Of a stretch of DNA of 64,000 nucleotides, positions 18,507-26,310 are shown one piece after another. The notes below the pieces were generated by a model. It was not told the DNA's origin and did no database searches. It saw nothing but the letters and a program-made list of their open reading frames with translations. Position numbers and translations under genes: made by a program. Every line of letters begins with the position of its first letter. The stretch's first letter is position 1. The DNA comes from Candidatus Aminicenantes bacterium (GTDB lineage: Bacteria; Acidobacteriota; Aminicenantia; Aminicenantales; UBA4085), in the NCBI GenBank assembly GCA_017883285.1, contig JADGNV010000098.1, forward strand, positions 244-64,243, written 5' to 3'.

Positions 18507-18522
18507 AGATTTATATCTTATT

Positions 18523-19176
18523 TCAGGCGCGGGCCTTGTGCGGCGCGATCCGGACGGCGATGCGCCAGACGAAGAACGCCAACAGCGATCCCAAGCACCC
18601 CCCGGCGACGACGTCCGAGGGAAAATGCACCCCCACGTAGATTCGCGAATACCCGATCGCGGCCGCGATCAGGAACGTCCACCAATATTTCCGTCCGAAG
18701 AACAGGACCATGAGCACGGAGATGGCGCAGGCCGCCCATGTGTGGCCGGACGGGAAGGAGTGGTCGCGGTAGCGTGGGCCGATGTTGTGAACCGCGAAGG
18801 CCCGGGCGGCGGCGGCCGACCCGGTCGTCGCGGACAACCCGGTTGTCGCGGAAGGGGAGACGAAATAGATCGTCGGCCGGTTGCGATCGACATGCCTCTT
18901 GATCGTAGTGCTGAGGAGACCGCCGACGATCAGCGTCACGGCCGAAACGGCGATGATGAACCAGAGGCGGGTTTTCGGGGCCTTGAGGATAATGAAAAGG
19001 AGATAGGCGGGGATGATTCCCCAGCCGCTGCCGAACGTGCTGCAGCTCCAGAAGATGACGTCGAAGACCGCGGAATGATGCGAGTTGATGAACTTGAACA
19101 GCGCATCATCCCAGGCAATGAAGGGGACGGACCAAGAAAGAAGCAGCCTCTGCATGGCCCGTATATCGTACCACAT
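18523..19176 (-). CDS. PAP2-family phosphatase (membrane)
   Basis: It has KRHVDRNRP, PSGH and SRIYVGVHFPSDV, which are the KX6RP / PSGH / SRX5HX3D motifs, plus several TM segments. The track ORF (453 aa) has a junk N-terminal extension that overlaps the upstream gene. The start is at Met 19176 or 19155. Confidence 0.85.
   Translation of the reverse strand: MWYDIRAMQRLLLSWSVPFIAWDDALFKFINSHHSAVFDVIFWSCSTFGSGWGIIPAYLLFIILKAPKTRLWFIIAVSAVTLIVGGLLSTTIKRHVDRNRPTIYFVSPSATTGLSATTGSAAAARAFAVHNIGPRYRDHSFPSGHTWAACAISVLMVLFFGRKYWWTFLIAAAIGYSRIYVGVHFPSDVVAGGCLGSLLAFFVWRIAVRIAPHKARA
18818..18850. repeat. In-frame palindrome-cored repeat inside the PAP2 gene
   Basis: gacccggtcgtcgcg + gacaacccggttgtcgcg, with core GACAACC-C-GGTTGTC. 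It encodes the SATTGLSATTGS insert between the KX6RP and PSGH motifs. Confidence 0.8.
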
Positions 19177-19226
19177 CACCGGATAATGAACAGCCTGGCC
19201 GGCGACGATCGTCGCAAAACAGGAGC

Positions 19227-21080
19227 TCAGGGAGTCTTCTTGACCGGCGCTTTCGCCGCCTTTTCCTCGACTTTCACGGTCGCGTTTTCGACGATGACCG
19301 AATACGCATATCCCGAGCCGAAGTCCTTGTCGGCGGCGAGGGTGCCGGTGATCAATACGAGATCGCCTGCCGCGGCGATCTGGGCGGTGGTGATCGTCAG
19401 GTCGTTCGTGCCCTTGCCGGCCGAGCCAACCGGGTTGTCCGCGACAACCGGGTTGGCCGCGACAACCGGGTTGGCCGTGCCGTCCTGGATGTGGAGCCAA
19501 TTCTTGCCCATGATTTCGGCCATGAACTTGACGACCCGGCCTCGCACCTTGACGGACTTGCCGTTCAGGGTCTTCTTTTGGGCGTAGCATTCCGCCACCG
19601 TGAATCCGCCGTCGGCTTTTACGACGGACCCGGCCTTGATCGCCACGGCTTTCGCCGGGATGTCCTTGATCGGGATCTGGACATGGCCTTCGGGCAGTGC
19701 GCCGCCGACTCCGCCCCTCGCCGCGTCCGCGGCCAACCCGGTTGTCGCGGAGGACGGCGCGGCCCCCCCGAGGAAGAGCGCGGCGGCCACGATCATCGCG
19801 GCCGCGGATTTCTTCTTCCCCCATTTGAGCTTCATCGTCAGGACGCGGTCGGTGGAGAAGATCCGGGCCGCGACGACCACGCAAACGGCGAAAAAGACGG
19901 CCATGTATGCGATCCCGAACAGGATGCCCTGCGAGTTCCCGAGGATGATGTTCTGCGTCGCCAGGAACGGATGGGAGAAGGGGATGGCCCAGACCAGAAT
20001 CTTGATAGGGAGGCTCAGCGTCCTGAAGTCGGCGAAGAGCGAGATGAAGTATGGGATCATGACTAGGAAAACGAGGGGCATGATCAGCATCTGGGCGCTC
20101 CGGAAGTCCTCGGCCAAGACGCCGAGGATCATGGCCAGGGCCAGGGCGCAGAGGATGGCGAAGAAGAGCGAGATGCCGAGGACAACGTACCCGCCCGTGG
20201 TGAGCGACAGGCCGAGCTGCTGGATGACGCTCTGAACCCCGCCCCCCGCGGTCAGGCCGCCCATCATCCCGCCCATGTATGACTTGAAGCCGAACATGTA
20301 GATGAAAGCCGAGGCCAGGCCGACGATGCCCGCGGCGAGCATCTTGGTCGCGACGATGGACGTCCGCCGGATGGGGACGGTCAGCAGCGTTTCGAGGGTC
20401 TTGTTCTGCTTCTCCATGGCGATGGCCGAAATGACCAGCTGCGAAGACGAGATGATGATCATCATCAGGATGACCGGGACGAAGAACGACTGGCTGGAGA
20501 CGAAGCCGTAGACGGCCGCCGCGGAGCCCTCGGCCATGCGGTCCTTGACCACGATGAAGTCCTTGGTCTTGATCGGGCTCTTGACGTTCTCGGGATCGAG
20601 GTCCGGGATCCGGGTTTTGAGGAAATTGTTCGACAGATATTGGTTGATCGCCCCGACGACGACCTTAAGGATGGACGAGTTCCGGGCGCCGCCGATCGAA
20701 AAGCCCCGCAGGAACGAGTAGGACTCGATCTCCTTCGTCTCGAATTTCGCGACCGATGCGCCGAACCCGGCCGGAATGACCAGCAGGAGGCTCGTGTCAC
20801 CGGCCTTGGCCGTCCGAATCGCGGCCTCCTTGTCGGTTCCGGAGAATTTGTCGACCGCGAAGTTCATGGTCTTCATGTTGGCCAGGAGGCCGTCCGACAT
20901 CTCCGAGCGGTCGAGGTCGAGGACCGCGATCTTCTGCGACGCGGCGGCCTTCTTGACCTCGCTCTTGGCCATGTTTCCGATGAAATAGAAGAGGGCCATG
21001 GTCATCACGAGCGAAATGACGAGCTGCTTCGTGACCAGCTCCCGGATTTCCTTCATCAGCAGGTTCTGGAATTTTTTCAT
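19227..21080 (-). CDS. ABC-2/NatB-like permease fused in frame to a signal-peptide-bearing OB-fold-like module
   Basis: 617 aa. Residues 1-415 form a multi-TM ABC-2 permease ending ...ARIFSTDRVLT. MKLKWGKKKSAAAMIVAAALFLG follows directly with no stop (internal Met codon top at 19835). That segment is signal-peptide-like and precedes ...KSVKVRGRVVKFMAEIMGKNWLHIQDG...DFGSGYAYSVIVENA. Confidence 0.8.
   Translation of the reverse strand: MKKFQNLLMKEIRELVTKQLVISLVMTMALFYFIGNMAKSEVKKAAASQKIAVLDLDRSEMSDGLLANMKTMNFAVDKFSGTDKEAAIRTAKAGDTSLLLVIPAGFGASVAKFETKEIESYSFLRGFSIGGARNSSILKVVVGAINQYLSNNFLKTRIPDLDPENVKSPIKTKDFIVVKDRMAEGSAAAVYGFVSSQSFFVPVILMMIIISSSQLVISAIAMEKQNKTLETLLTVPIRRTSIVATKMLAAGIVGLASAFIYMFGFKSYMGGMMGGLTAGGGVQSVIQQLGLSLTTGGYVVLGISLFFAILCALALAMILGVLAEDFRSAQMLIMPLVFLVMIPYFISLFADFRTLSLPIKILVWAIPFSHPFLATQNIILGNSQGILFGIAYMAVFFAVCVVVAARIFSTDRVLTMKLKWGKKKSAAAMIVAAALFLGGAAPSSATTGLAADAARGGVGGALPEGHVQIPIKDIPAKAVAIKAGSVVKADGGFTVAECYAQKKTLNGKSVKVRGRVVKFMAEIMGKNWLHIQDGTANPVVAANPVVADNPVGSAGKGTNDLTITTAQIAAAGDLVLITGTLAADKDFGSGYAYSVIVENATVKVEEKAAKAPVKKTP
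19426..19479. repeat. 3 x 18-bp in-frame tandem repeat, palindrome-cored
   Basis: ccaaccgggttgtccgcg / acaaccgggttggccgcg / acaaccgggttggccgtg. They encode ANPVVAANPVVADNPVG in the OB-like module. They are the reverse-complement orientation of the units at 18818 and 19732. Confidence 0.85.
19732..19750. repeat. Single copy of the same palindrome-cored unit
   Basis: gccaacccggttgtcgcgg encodes SATTGLA just after the internal signal-like peptide. Confidence 0.7.
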
Positions 21081-21799
21081 CGGAGGGCGCTCCTGAACAC
21101 GACTTCGAGGTTGCCGGCCTTGTATTTCTCCTTCAGGGACTGGGCCGTGCCGGCGTCGAGGATGAGGCCTTTGTCGATGAGGGCCACGCGGTCGGAGAGG
21201 AATTCGATCTCGAGCATGTTGTGGGAGGAGAGGAGCACCGAGATCCCCTCGCGGGCGTAGCGCTTGATGATCTCCCGGACTTCCAGGGAGTTGATGACGT
21301 CCAGGCCCGAGGTCGGCTCGTCGAGGATGGCCAGGTGGGGCTTGGTCATGAGGGCCCGGGCCAGGAGGAGCTTGCGGACCATGCCTTTGCTGTAGGTCCC
21401 GACCTTGACCTCAAGACGGTCGCCGAGGTCGGCGATGCCCCGGGCCCGGGTCACGATCTCCTCGAGCCGAGCGGGCGTTTCCGCGTAGAACCGGGCCATG
21501 AAGCGGAGGTAATCGATGCCTTTCAGGTTCTTGTAGGCCCCCGCTTCCTCGGGGAGATAGCTGATCCGCTCCCGGAATTTCTCCGGATGCTTTTTCAGGT
21601 CGTAGCCGGCCATCGTCACCTCGCCGCCCGAAGGCGCGAGGAGCGTGGCGATGACCCGAAGCGTCGTCGTCTTGCCGGCGCCGTTCGGGCCGATCAGGGC
21701 GAAGATCTCGCCTTCCTCGACCTGGAAGCTGATCCCCTTGACGGCCTCGTATCTCCCGTAGGTCTTCTTCAGATTATCGACGTGAAGCGCGGTGCCCAT
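21077..21799 (-). CDS. ABC transporter ATP-binding protein (NatA-like)
   Basis: 240 aa with GPNGAGKTT, a YSKGMVRKLLLA signature-like segment and ILDEPTSGLD. It overlaps the permease start by 4 nt. Confidence 0.95.
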   Translation of the reverse strand: MGTALHVDNLKKTYGRYEAVKGISFQVEEGEIFALIGPNGAGKTTTLRVIATLLAPSGGEVTMAGYDLKKHPEKFRERISYLPEEAGAYKNLKGIDYLRFMARFYAETPARLEEIVTRARGIADLGDRLEVKVGTYSKGMVRKLLLARALMTKPHLAILDEPTSGLDVINSLEVREIIKRYAREGISVLLSSHNMLEIEFLSDRVALIDKGLILDAGTAQSLKEKYKAGNLEVVFRSALR

Positions 21800-21831
21800 G
21801 AAACCTCCTTGTTATGCGTCCGCCCGGCCCC

Positions 21832-22206
21832 TTATTTCTTGATGGGGGTGGGATGCCAGTCCTTGTCCACGGCGACGTAGACCACCTCGGCCTCGGTGAC
21901 CTTCACGGTCTCCTGATCGTCGGCCCGCGTCGCCTCGACGGTAACCTTGGTCGTCACCGACGTCCGCCCGATGCGCAGCGTTTCGGTGTATAAGCTCACG
22001 ATGTCGCCCACGAACACAGGCTTGTGGAACACGACCTTGTCCATGGCCACGGTGACGTAGGTGAGGGGGCCGCACGAACGGCGGGCTTCGATCGCCCCCG
22101 CCAGGTCGATGTGGCTCATGATGACGCCGCCGAAGATCATCCCGTGCTTGTTCGTGTCACGGGGCATCAGGGTCACCCGCAGGGTCGCATCGGTTGTCCG
22201 GTCCAT
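21832..22206 (-). CDS. Acyl-CoA thioesterase (hotdog fold, YciA-like)
   Basis: 124 aa with [23 protein letters not shown]... Confidence 0.85.
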   Translation of the reverse strand: MDRTTDATLRVTLMPRDTNKHGMIFGGVIMSHIDLAGAIEARRSCGPLTYVTVAMDKVVFHKPVFVGDIVSLYTETLRIGRTSVTTKVTVEATRADDQETVKVTEAEVVYVAVDKDWHPTPIKK

Positions 22207-22361
22207 CGCTCTCTCCTTCGGCCGTTCTACGGCCCTATCTTACCATGGATTTAGGTGATGGTGAACTCCATCCCAGAAACACAGGTTTCGAAACAAAATC
22301 GGTGCTCCTGGCGTCTTGGAGAAGGAGAGATATTGATCCTGGCGCGGCCGGCGCGGCCGAG

Positions 22362-22390
22362 TTGACAGCGTTCTCCGCCCGTCTTAAGAT
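22362..22390 (+). promoter_or_regulatory. Sigma70-like promoter placed so that the downstream gene would be leaderless or nearly so
   Basis: TTGACA (22362-22367), 17-nt spacer, TAAGAT (22385-22390). The ATG of the next gene is at 22400 and no SD can fit in between. Confidence 0.35.
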
Positions 22391-22399
22391 AATCGCATC

Positions 22400-23083
22400 A
22401 TGCCCATTCCGGCCGAGAATACCGCGAGCCTGAAGAAATTCTGCCTCGATCTCGGATTTTCGCTCTTCGGCGCGGCCGACATCACGTCCATCCGGGACGG
22501 ATTTCTCCTCGCCGACCGGCTCAAAGCGAGGTTCCCGCGCGCCGTCTCTCTCGGGAAGCGGCTGGTCGACGACATCCTCGACGACATCGAGGACAAGCCG
22601 ACGCCGCTCTATTTCCATCACTACCGCCAGATCAACTTCTTCCTCGACCGCGAGGCGCTCGTCGTCGCTGCGCACATCCAGGACTTTGGCTTCGGCGCGC
22701 TTCCGATCGCGGCCTCGCAGATCGTCGACTGGCAGAAGCAGCTGGCCCATGTCTCCCACAAGCATATCGGCCTGCGGGCCGGGCTCGGCTGGATCGGGCG
22801 CGACAACCTTCTCGTGAACGGCGATTTCGGGTCGCGGTTCCGGCTGGTGACCGTCCTGACGGACATGCCGCTCGAAACGGGCGCGCCGCTGCTGCCGTTC
22901 GGATGCGGACCTTGCCGCGCCTGCATCGCGCCCTGTCCGGCCGCCGCGATCAAGGAGCGGCCCGAGGACTTCGATCACCGGGCCTGTTTCGAGAAGCTCG
23001 ACGAATTCCGGAGAAAGCACGTCGTCAGCCAGCACATCTGCGGCGTGTGCGTGCGCGCCTGCAAGGGGCCGAAAGGCGATTGA
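22400..23083 (+). CDS. 4Fe-4S cluster protein, epoxyqueuosine-reductase (QueG)-related
   Basis: 227 aa with GLGWIGRDNLLVN and CGPCRACIAPCPAAAI...CGVCVRAC. Confidence 0.65.
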   Translation: MPIPAENTASLKKFCLDLGFSLFGAADITSIRDGFLLADRLKARFPRAVSLGKRLVDDILDDIEDKPTPLYFHHYRQINFFLDREALVVAAHIQDFGFGALPIAASQIVDWQKQLAHVSHKHIGLRAGLGWIGRDNLLVNGDFGSRFRLVTVLTDMPLETGAPLLPFGCGPCRACIAPCPAAAIKERPEDFDHRACFEKLDEFRRKHVVSQHICGVCVRACKGPKGD

Positions 23084-23147
23084 AACTGTACGCGAAAGCG
23101 ACCTCGATGGAATCGCGGCCGCGGGTTTCAGGTTCGTCCGCGACGAT

Positions 23148-24029
23148 TCAGGTTTCCCGCAACAACCAGCGCAGGGCGTTTTTCTGAAGCTTGATGTACT
23201 CCGGGTTCCAGAAGCTGGGAATGGTGTGCCCTGGCGCCATGAAGCAGACCCGCCCCTTGCCGTAATCGTAGGCCCAGCAGGCCTCGCAGGTCGCTCCTTG
23301 GTTGCCGAACTTGGGCGTGGAGTATTCGAGCCCAGCCTCGTTCACGCTCCGGACGAGGACCGTCGTGGGGTCCTTGTCATAGATCAGGAAGTGCTGTTCC
23401 TCGCTCACCACAAAATCCTCAACCCCCCGGGTGATGGGGTGGTCGTGGTTCATGATTTTCATCTTATAGGGGCGGAAGACGGTGTGCCCGGTGAACAGCG
23501 CGCCTTGGACATGACGGAAATCCGCGTTCCCACCGGATATATAGCTGGTGTTGTGAAAAAACCAGGCTGACCCGCCTTTCTCCACGTACTCGCGGATGGC
23601 CTTGCCCTGCTCCGGCGTGAGCCAGTTTACGGCGCTTTCGTCCAATGCGGGCAGGGCCGGCTCGCTGACGATTTTCATTTTTTCCGGATCATAGAAGGGG
23701 GTGGGCGTCGTGTATCCCCCGGGAAACGATAGGCCGTCGCAGAGCATGATGAGCAGCTTGTGCCCGGCCAGGGTATCCCGGGTGAGGAGGGTGGTGTCCG
23801 GGGTGAACGTGACGGAAGCGCCCGCTTCCTTGACCAGAGTCCGGGTCAGCGCCGTCCGGACGTAATCGAAGTTGTGCCAGCGATCCCCGATCAAAGCGAA
23901 GACATCGGTCTTGCGCGGACCGGCGAAAGGCCGGGCCTGGGGAATGGCCGCTCCCAAGGCGGAGGCCGCCCCGCCCAAGCCGAGCGCGCGGAGCGCGAAA
24001 CGCCGGGATACGGATTTGAGGTTGTTCAT
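23148..24029 (-). CDS. ThuA-domain protein with Tat-type signal
   Basis: 293 aa. It has SRRFALRALGLGGAASALGA, and later HPITRGV and FMAPGH typical of ThuA-like proteins. Confidence 0.8.
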   Translation of the reverse strand: MNNLKSVSRRFALRALGLGGAASALGAAIPQARPFAGPRKTDVFALIGDRWHNFDYVRTALTRTLVKEAGASVTFTPDTTLLTRDTLAGHKLLIMLCDGLSFPGGYTTPTPFYDPEKMKIVSEPALPALDESAVNWLTPEQGKAIREYVEKGGSAWFFHNTSYISGGNADFRHVQGALFTGHTVFRPYKMKIMNHDHPITRGVEDFVVSEEQHFLIYDKDPTTVLVRSVNEAGLEYSTPKFGNQGATCEACWAYDYGKGRVCFMAPGHTIPSFWNPEYIKLQKNALRWLLRET

Positions 24030-25219
24030 GGTTCACTCTCCGATCGTAGGGATGGGGCTTGGGCGACCGGACGCCGCCGCCACCAGCCGGCCAGCAGCGA
24101 GCCAGAAACGTTCATCCATGGGCCGAAGATGGCCGGGGCGAGCGCCGCGCTCGTGCTCTTGAGCACGTCGATGGCGATGCCGGAAGCCATGCCCCCGTTC
24201 TGCATTCCGACTTCCATGGCCACGGCGCGGCAGGCGCTCTCGTCCAGCCGGGCCAACCGCGCCCCCCAATAGCCGAGGCCGTACCCGGTGCCGTTGTGAA
24301 GGACGGCCGCCAGGACCAGCAACGGGCCGACGGACAGGAGCTGGTTCCTGGACTGGGCGGTGATGATCGCGATGATGAGGCAGATGCCGGCCATGGACAC
24401 CACGGGCAGCGTCTTGTCCATCCAATGCTCCGGCCCCTTGAGCAGGATGCCGATGACGAGCTTGGCCAGGGATGTCACGCCGAGGAGGATGAAGCCGAGG
24501 GCCAGGCCGCTCTTGAGGACCGCCAGCGCGCCTCCCCAGCGGACCGGCATCATCAGGACGGCCGCGGCGAGCGCGAGGAGCGCGGCGCCGCCCAACGCCA
24601 GGACCGCCGCATTTTTCGTCCACTTCTTTTGGCCGTAGAGGATTCGGTTGGCGGCGAGCCCGGCGAAGATGGGGATGATGATCATATTGAAGATCGCCAT
24701 CATCATGGCCACGAAATCGACCGGGATGAGCCGCCCGGCCAGCGTCTTCATCCAGAAGGGCGTGACGAACGGCGAGATCAATGTCGTGCAGGCCGTGATC
24801 GTCACCGAAAGCGGTACGTTGCCGCCGGCCAGATAGGTCATGACGTTGGACGCCACCCCGCTCGAGACCGATCCGATCAGGATGATGCCCGCGGCCACTT
24901 CGGGCGGGAACCCGAAGGTCATGGCGATCGTATAGCCGACGAGAGGCATGATCGTGAATTGGAGGACGATGCCGAGCAGGACGGGCCCGGGCATGGCCAG
25001 CACGTTCTTGAAGTCCTTGACGCTGAGCGTGGTGCCCATGCCGAAGGTGATGACCTGGATGAGGGGGACGATCAGGACCTTCAGGTCCGCGCCGAACCAG
25101 GCGCGGAACGCCGCCGGTCGGGCCATCGCGGCGGCGACGAAGACAAGGACCCAGAAGGTGAAGGCGTACTTCTTATACAGCCGCCGGAGACGGCCCGGGC
25201 CGGGTTCACCGGATCTCAT
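24026..25219 (-). CDS. Bile acid:sodium symporter (BASS) family transporter
   Basis: The real start is MRSGEPG... at 25219, an ATGA overlap with the upstream stop. It is a multi-TM protein with GSVSSGVASNVMTYLAGG and MEVGMQNGGMA. Confidence 0.9.
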   Translation of the reverse strand: MRSGEPGPGRLRRLYKKYAFTFWVLVFVAAAMARPAAFRAWFGADLKVLIVPLIQVITFGMGTTLSVKDFKNVLAMPGPVLLGIVLQFTIMPLVGYTIAMTFGFPPEVAAGIILIGSVSSGVASNVMTYLAGGNVPLSVTITACTTLISPFVTPFWMKTLAGRLIPVDFVAMMMAIFNMIIIPIFAGLAANRILYGQKKWTKNAAVLALGGAALLALAAAVLMMPVRWGGALAVLKSGLALGFILLGVTSLAKLVIGILLKGPEHWMDKTLPVVSMAGICLIIAIITAQSRNQLLSVGPLLVLAAVLHNGTGYGLGYWGARLARLDESACRAVAMEVGMQNGGMASGIAIDVLKSTSAALAPAIFGPWMNVSGSLLAGWWRRRPVAQAPSLRSESEP

Positions 25220-26286
25220 AGCTTGTACAGTTCCGCCATCCGTGCGTTGGGCTTGTATTTCGTGATGCATTGCTCGAGCGGCGTGCCCAACAATTGGATC
25301 TTGTCGGTGTCGCCCTGCCCCATGCCGGCCTCGGCCATCGCGTTCAGGTAATTGACGATCCGGGGGTCGAAGCCCATGACCCTCGTGGCCGTAATGTCCG
25401 CCGCCACGGCGTCCCGGCTGGCCAGCGCCACGTGGGACGCGATGGGCGCGCCCCACGCCGGTCCGTTGCCCTCGATGCCGATGAATCCGTCGATGACGGC
25501 CAGGTCGGGAAAGACCTCCTGGCCGATGTGGAACATGTTGTAATGCAGGAGGTCGTGGCGAGCCGGCCCGGCCTGATGCATCAAACCTTTGTCGCTCTTC
25601 TTGTAGTCGTTGAGCGGCGAGGCCATGATCACGTTCTTGATCGACAGGGTGACGAAGACGTAATTGTGCGTCTTCATCCGGGCGACGGAGACGACATAGA
25701 AGTCCGGGTCGAGGAAGGTGTTGATGATCCGGATCCGCGACGGCTTGTTGTCCAGGCCGAGGACATAGCGGTATTGGAACTTGTCCAGGTTGAGGTCCAT
25801 GAGCTTGGCGTTGTATTCCTTCTCCAGCCGCAGGTAGCCGTTGTACTTGAAGCCCTCCGTCGTATTGTGGACGCTCGACTCGCCGATGAGGATCTGGCTC
25901 TTGACGTGGGGCGAGAGGAAGTCCAGGACGGCCCGCATGGCGTCCACGTGCGTCACGCAGGCGGCGCAGTCGGCCAGGACGATGTTGGGCTTGATCAGGA
26001 TCCTTTTGTCGCCGATCGAGCCGAGGATCTCGTCTTCGATCAGCTTGAGCGAGCGGAAGACGATATCGTAACGGTCAGGGCCTTTGACCAGCGCCACGCG
26101 CGCGGGAGGGGCGGCTTGGCCGAGCTTCGCGAGCGGGAAATGGATCTGCCCGTAAGGATTATCCGGGCGCGAAGCGGCCGACGCGCTCCGCGGGAAAAGG
26201 CGTCCGCCGGCCAGGGCCGAAGTGCCCGCGGCGATTCCGATCCGCTTCAGGAATTCCCGCCGATGGATACCGTGAGGGTCCGCCAT
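25216..26286 (-). CDS. DUF362-domain protein with Tat-type signal
   Basis: 356 aa with HRREFLKRIGIAAGTSALAG, then ILIKPN...ARMKTH...DGFIGIEGNGP. Confidence 0.8.
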   Translation of the reverse strand: MADPHGIHRREFLKRIGIAAGTSALAGGRLFPRSASAASRPDNPYGQIHFPLAKLGQAAPPARVALVKGPDRYDIVFRSLKLIEDEILGSIGDKRILIKPNIVLADCAACVTHVDAMRAVLDFLSPHVKSQILIGESSVHNTTEGFKYNGYLRLEKEYNAKLMDLNLDKFQYRYVLGLDNKPSRIRIINTFLDPDFYVVSVARMKTHNYVFVTLSIKNVIMASPLNDYKKSDKGLMHQAGPARHDLLHYNMFHIGQEVFPDLAVIDGFIGIEGNGPAWGAPIASHVALASRDAVAADITATRVMGFDPRIVNYLNAMAEAGMGQGDTDKIQLLGTPLEQCITKYKPNARMAELYKL

Positions 26287-26310
26287 GTTCGACTCCTCGC
26301 TCTCCGCGGC

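Noticed and set aside
19426-19479. Possible CRISPR array from the 18-bp repeats
   Set aside because: The repeat units are contiguous with no spacers. There are only 1-3 copies per site. They lie in frame inside coding sequence, and no cas genes are present.
18523-19884. Long N-terminal extensions of the PAP2 (453 aa) and BASS (24026..25456, 476 aa) track ORFs
   Set aside because: The extensions overlap upstream genes and have junk composition. Internal Mets at 19176/19155 and 25219 give proteins of normal family length; the latter forms an ATGA stop-start overlap.
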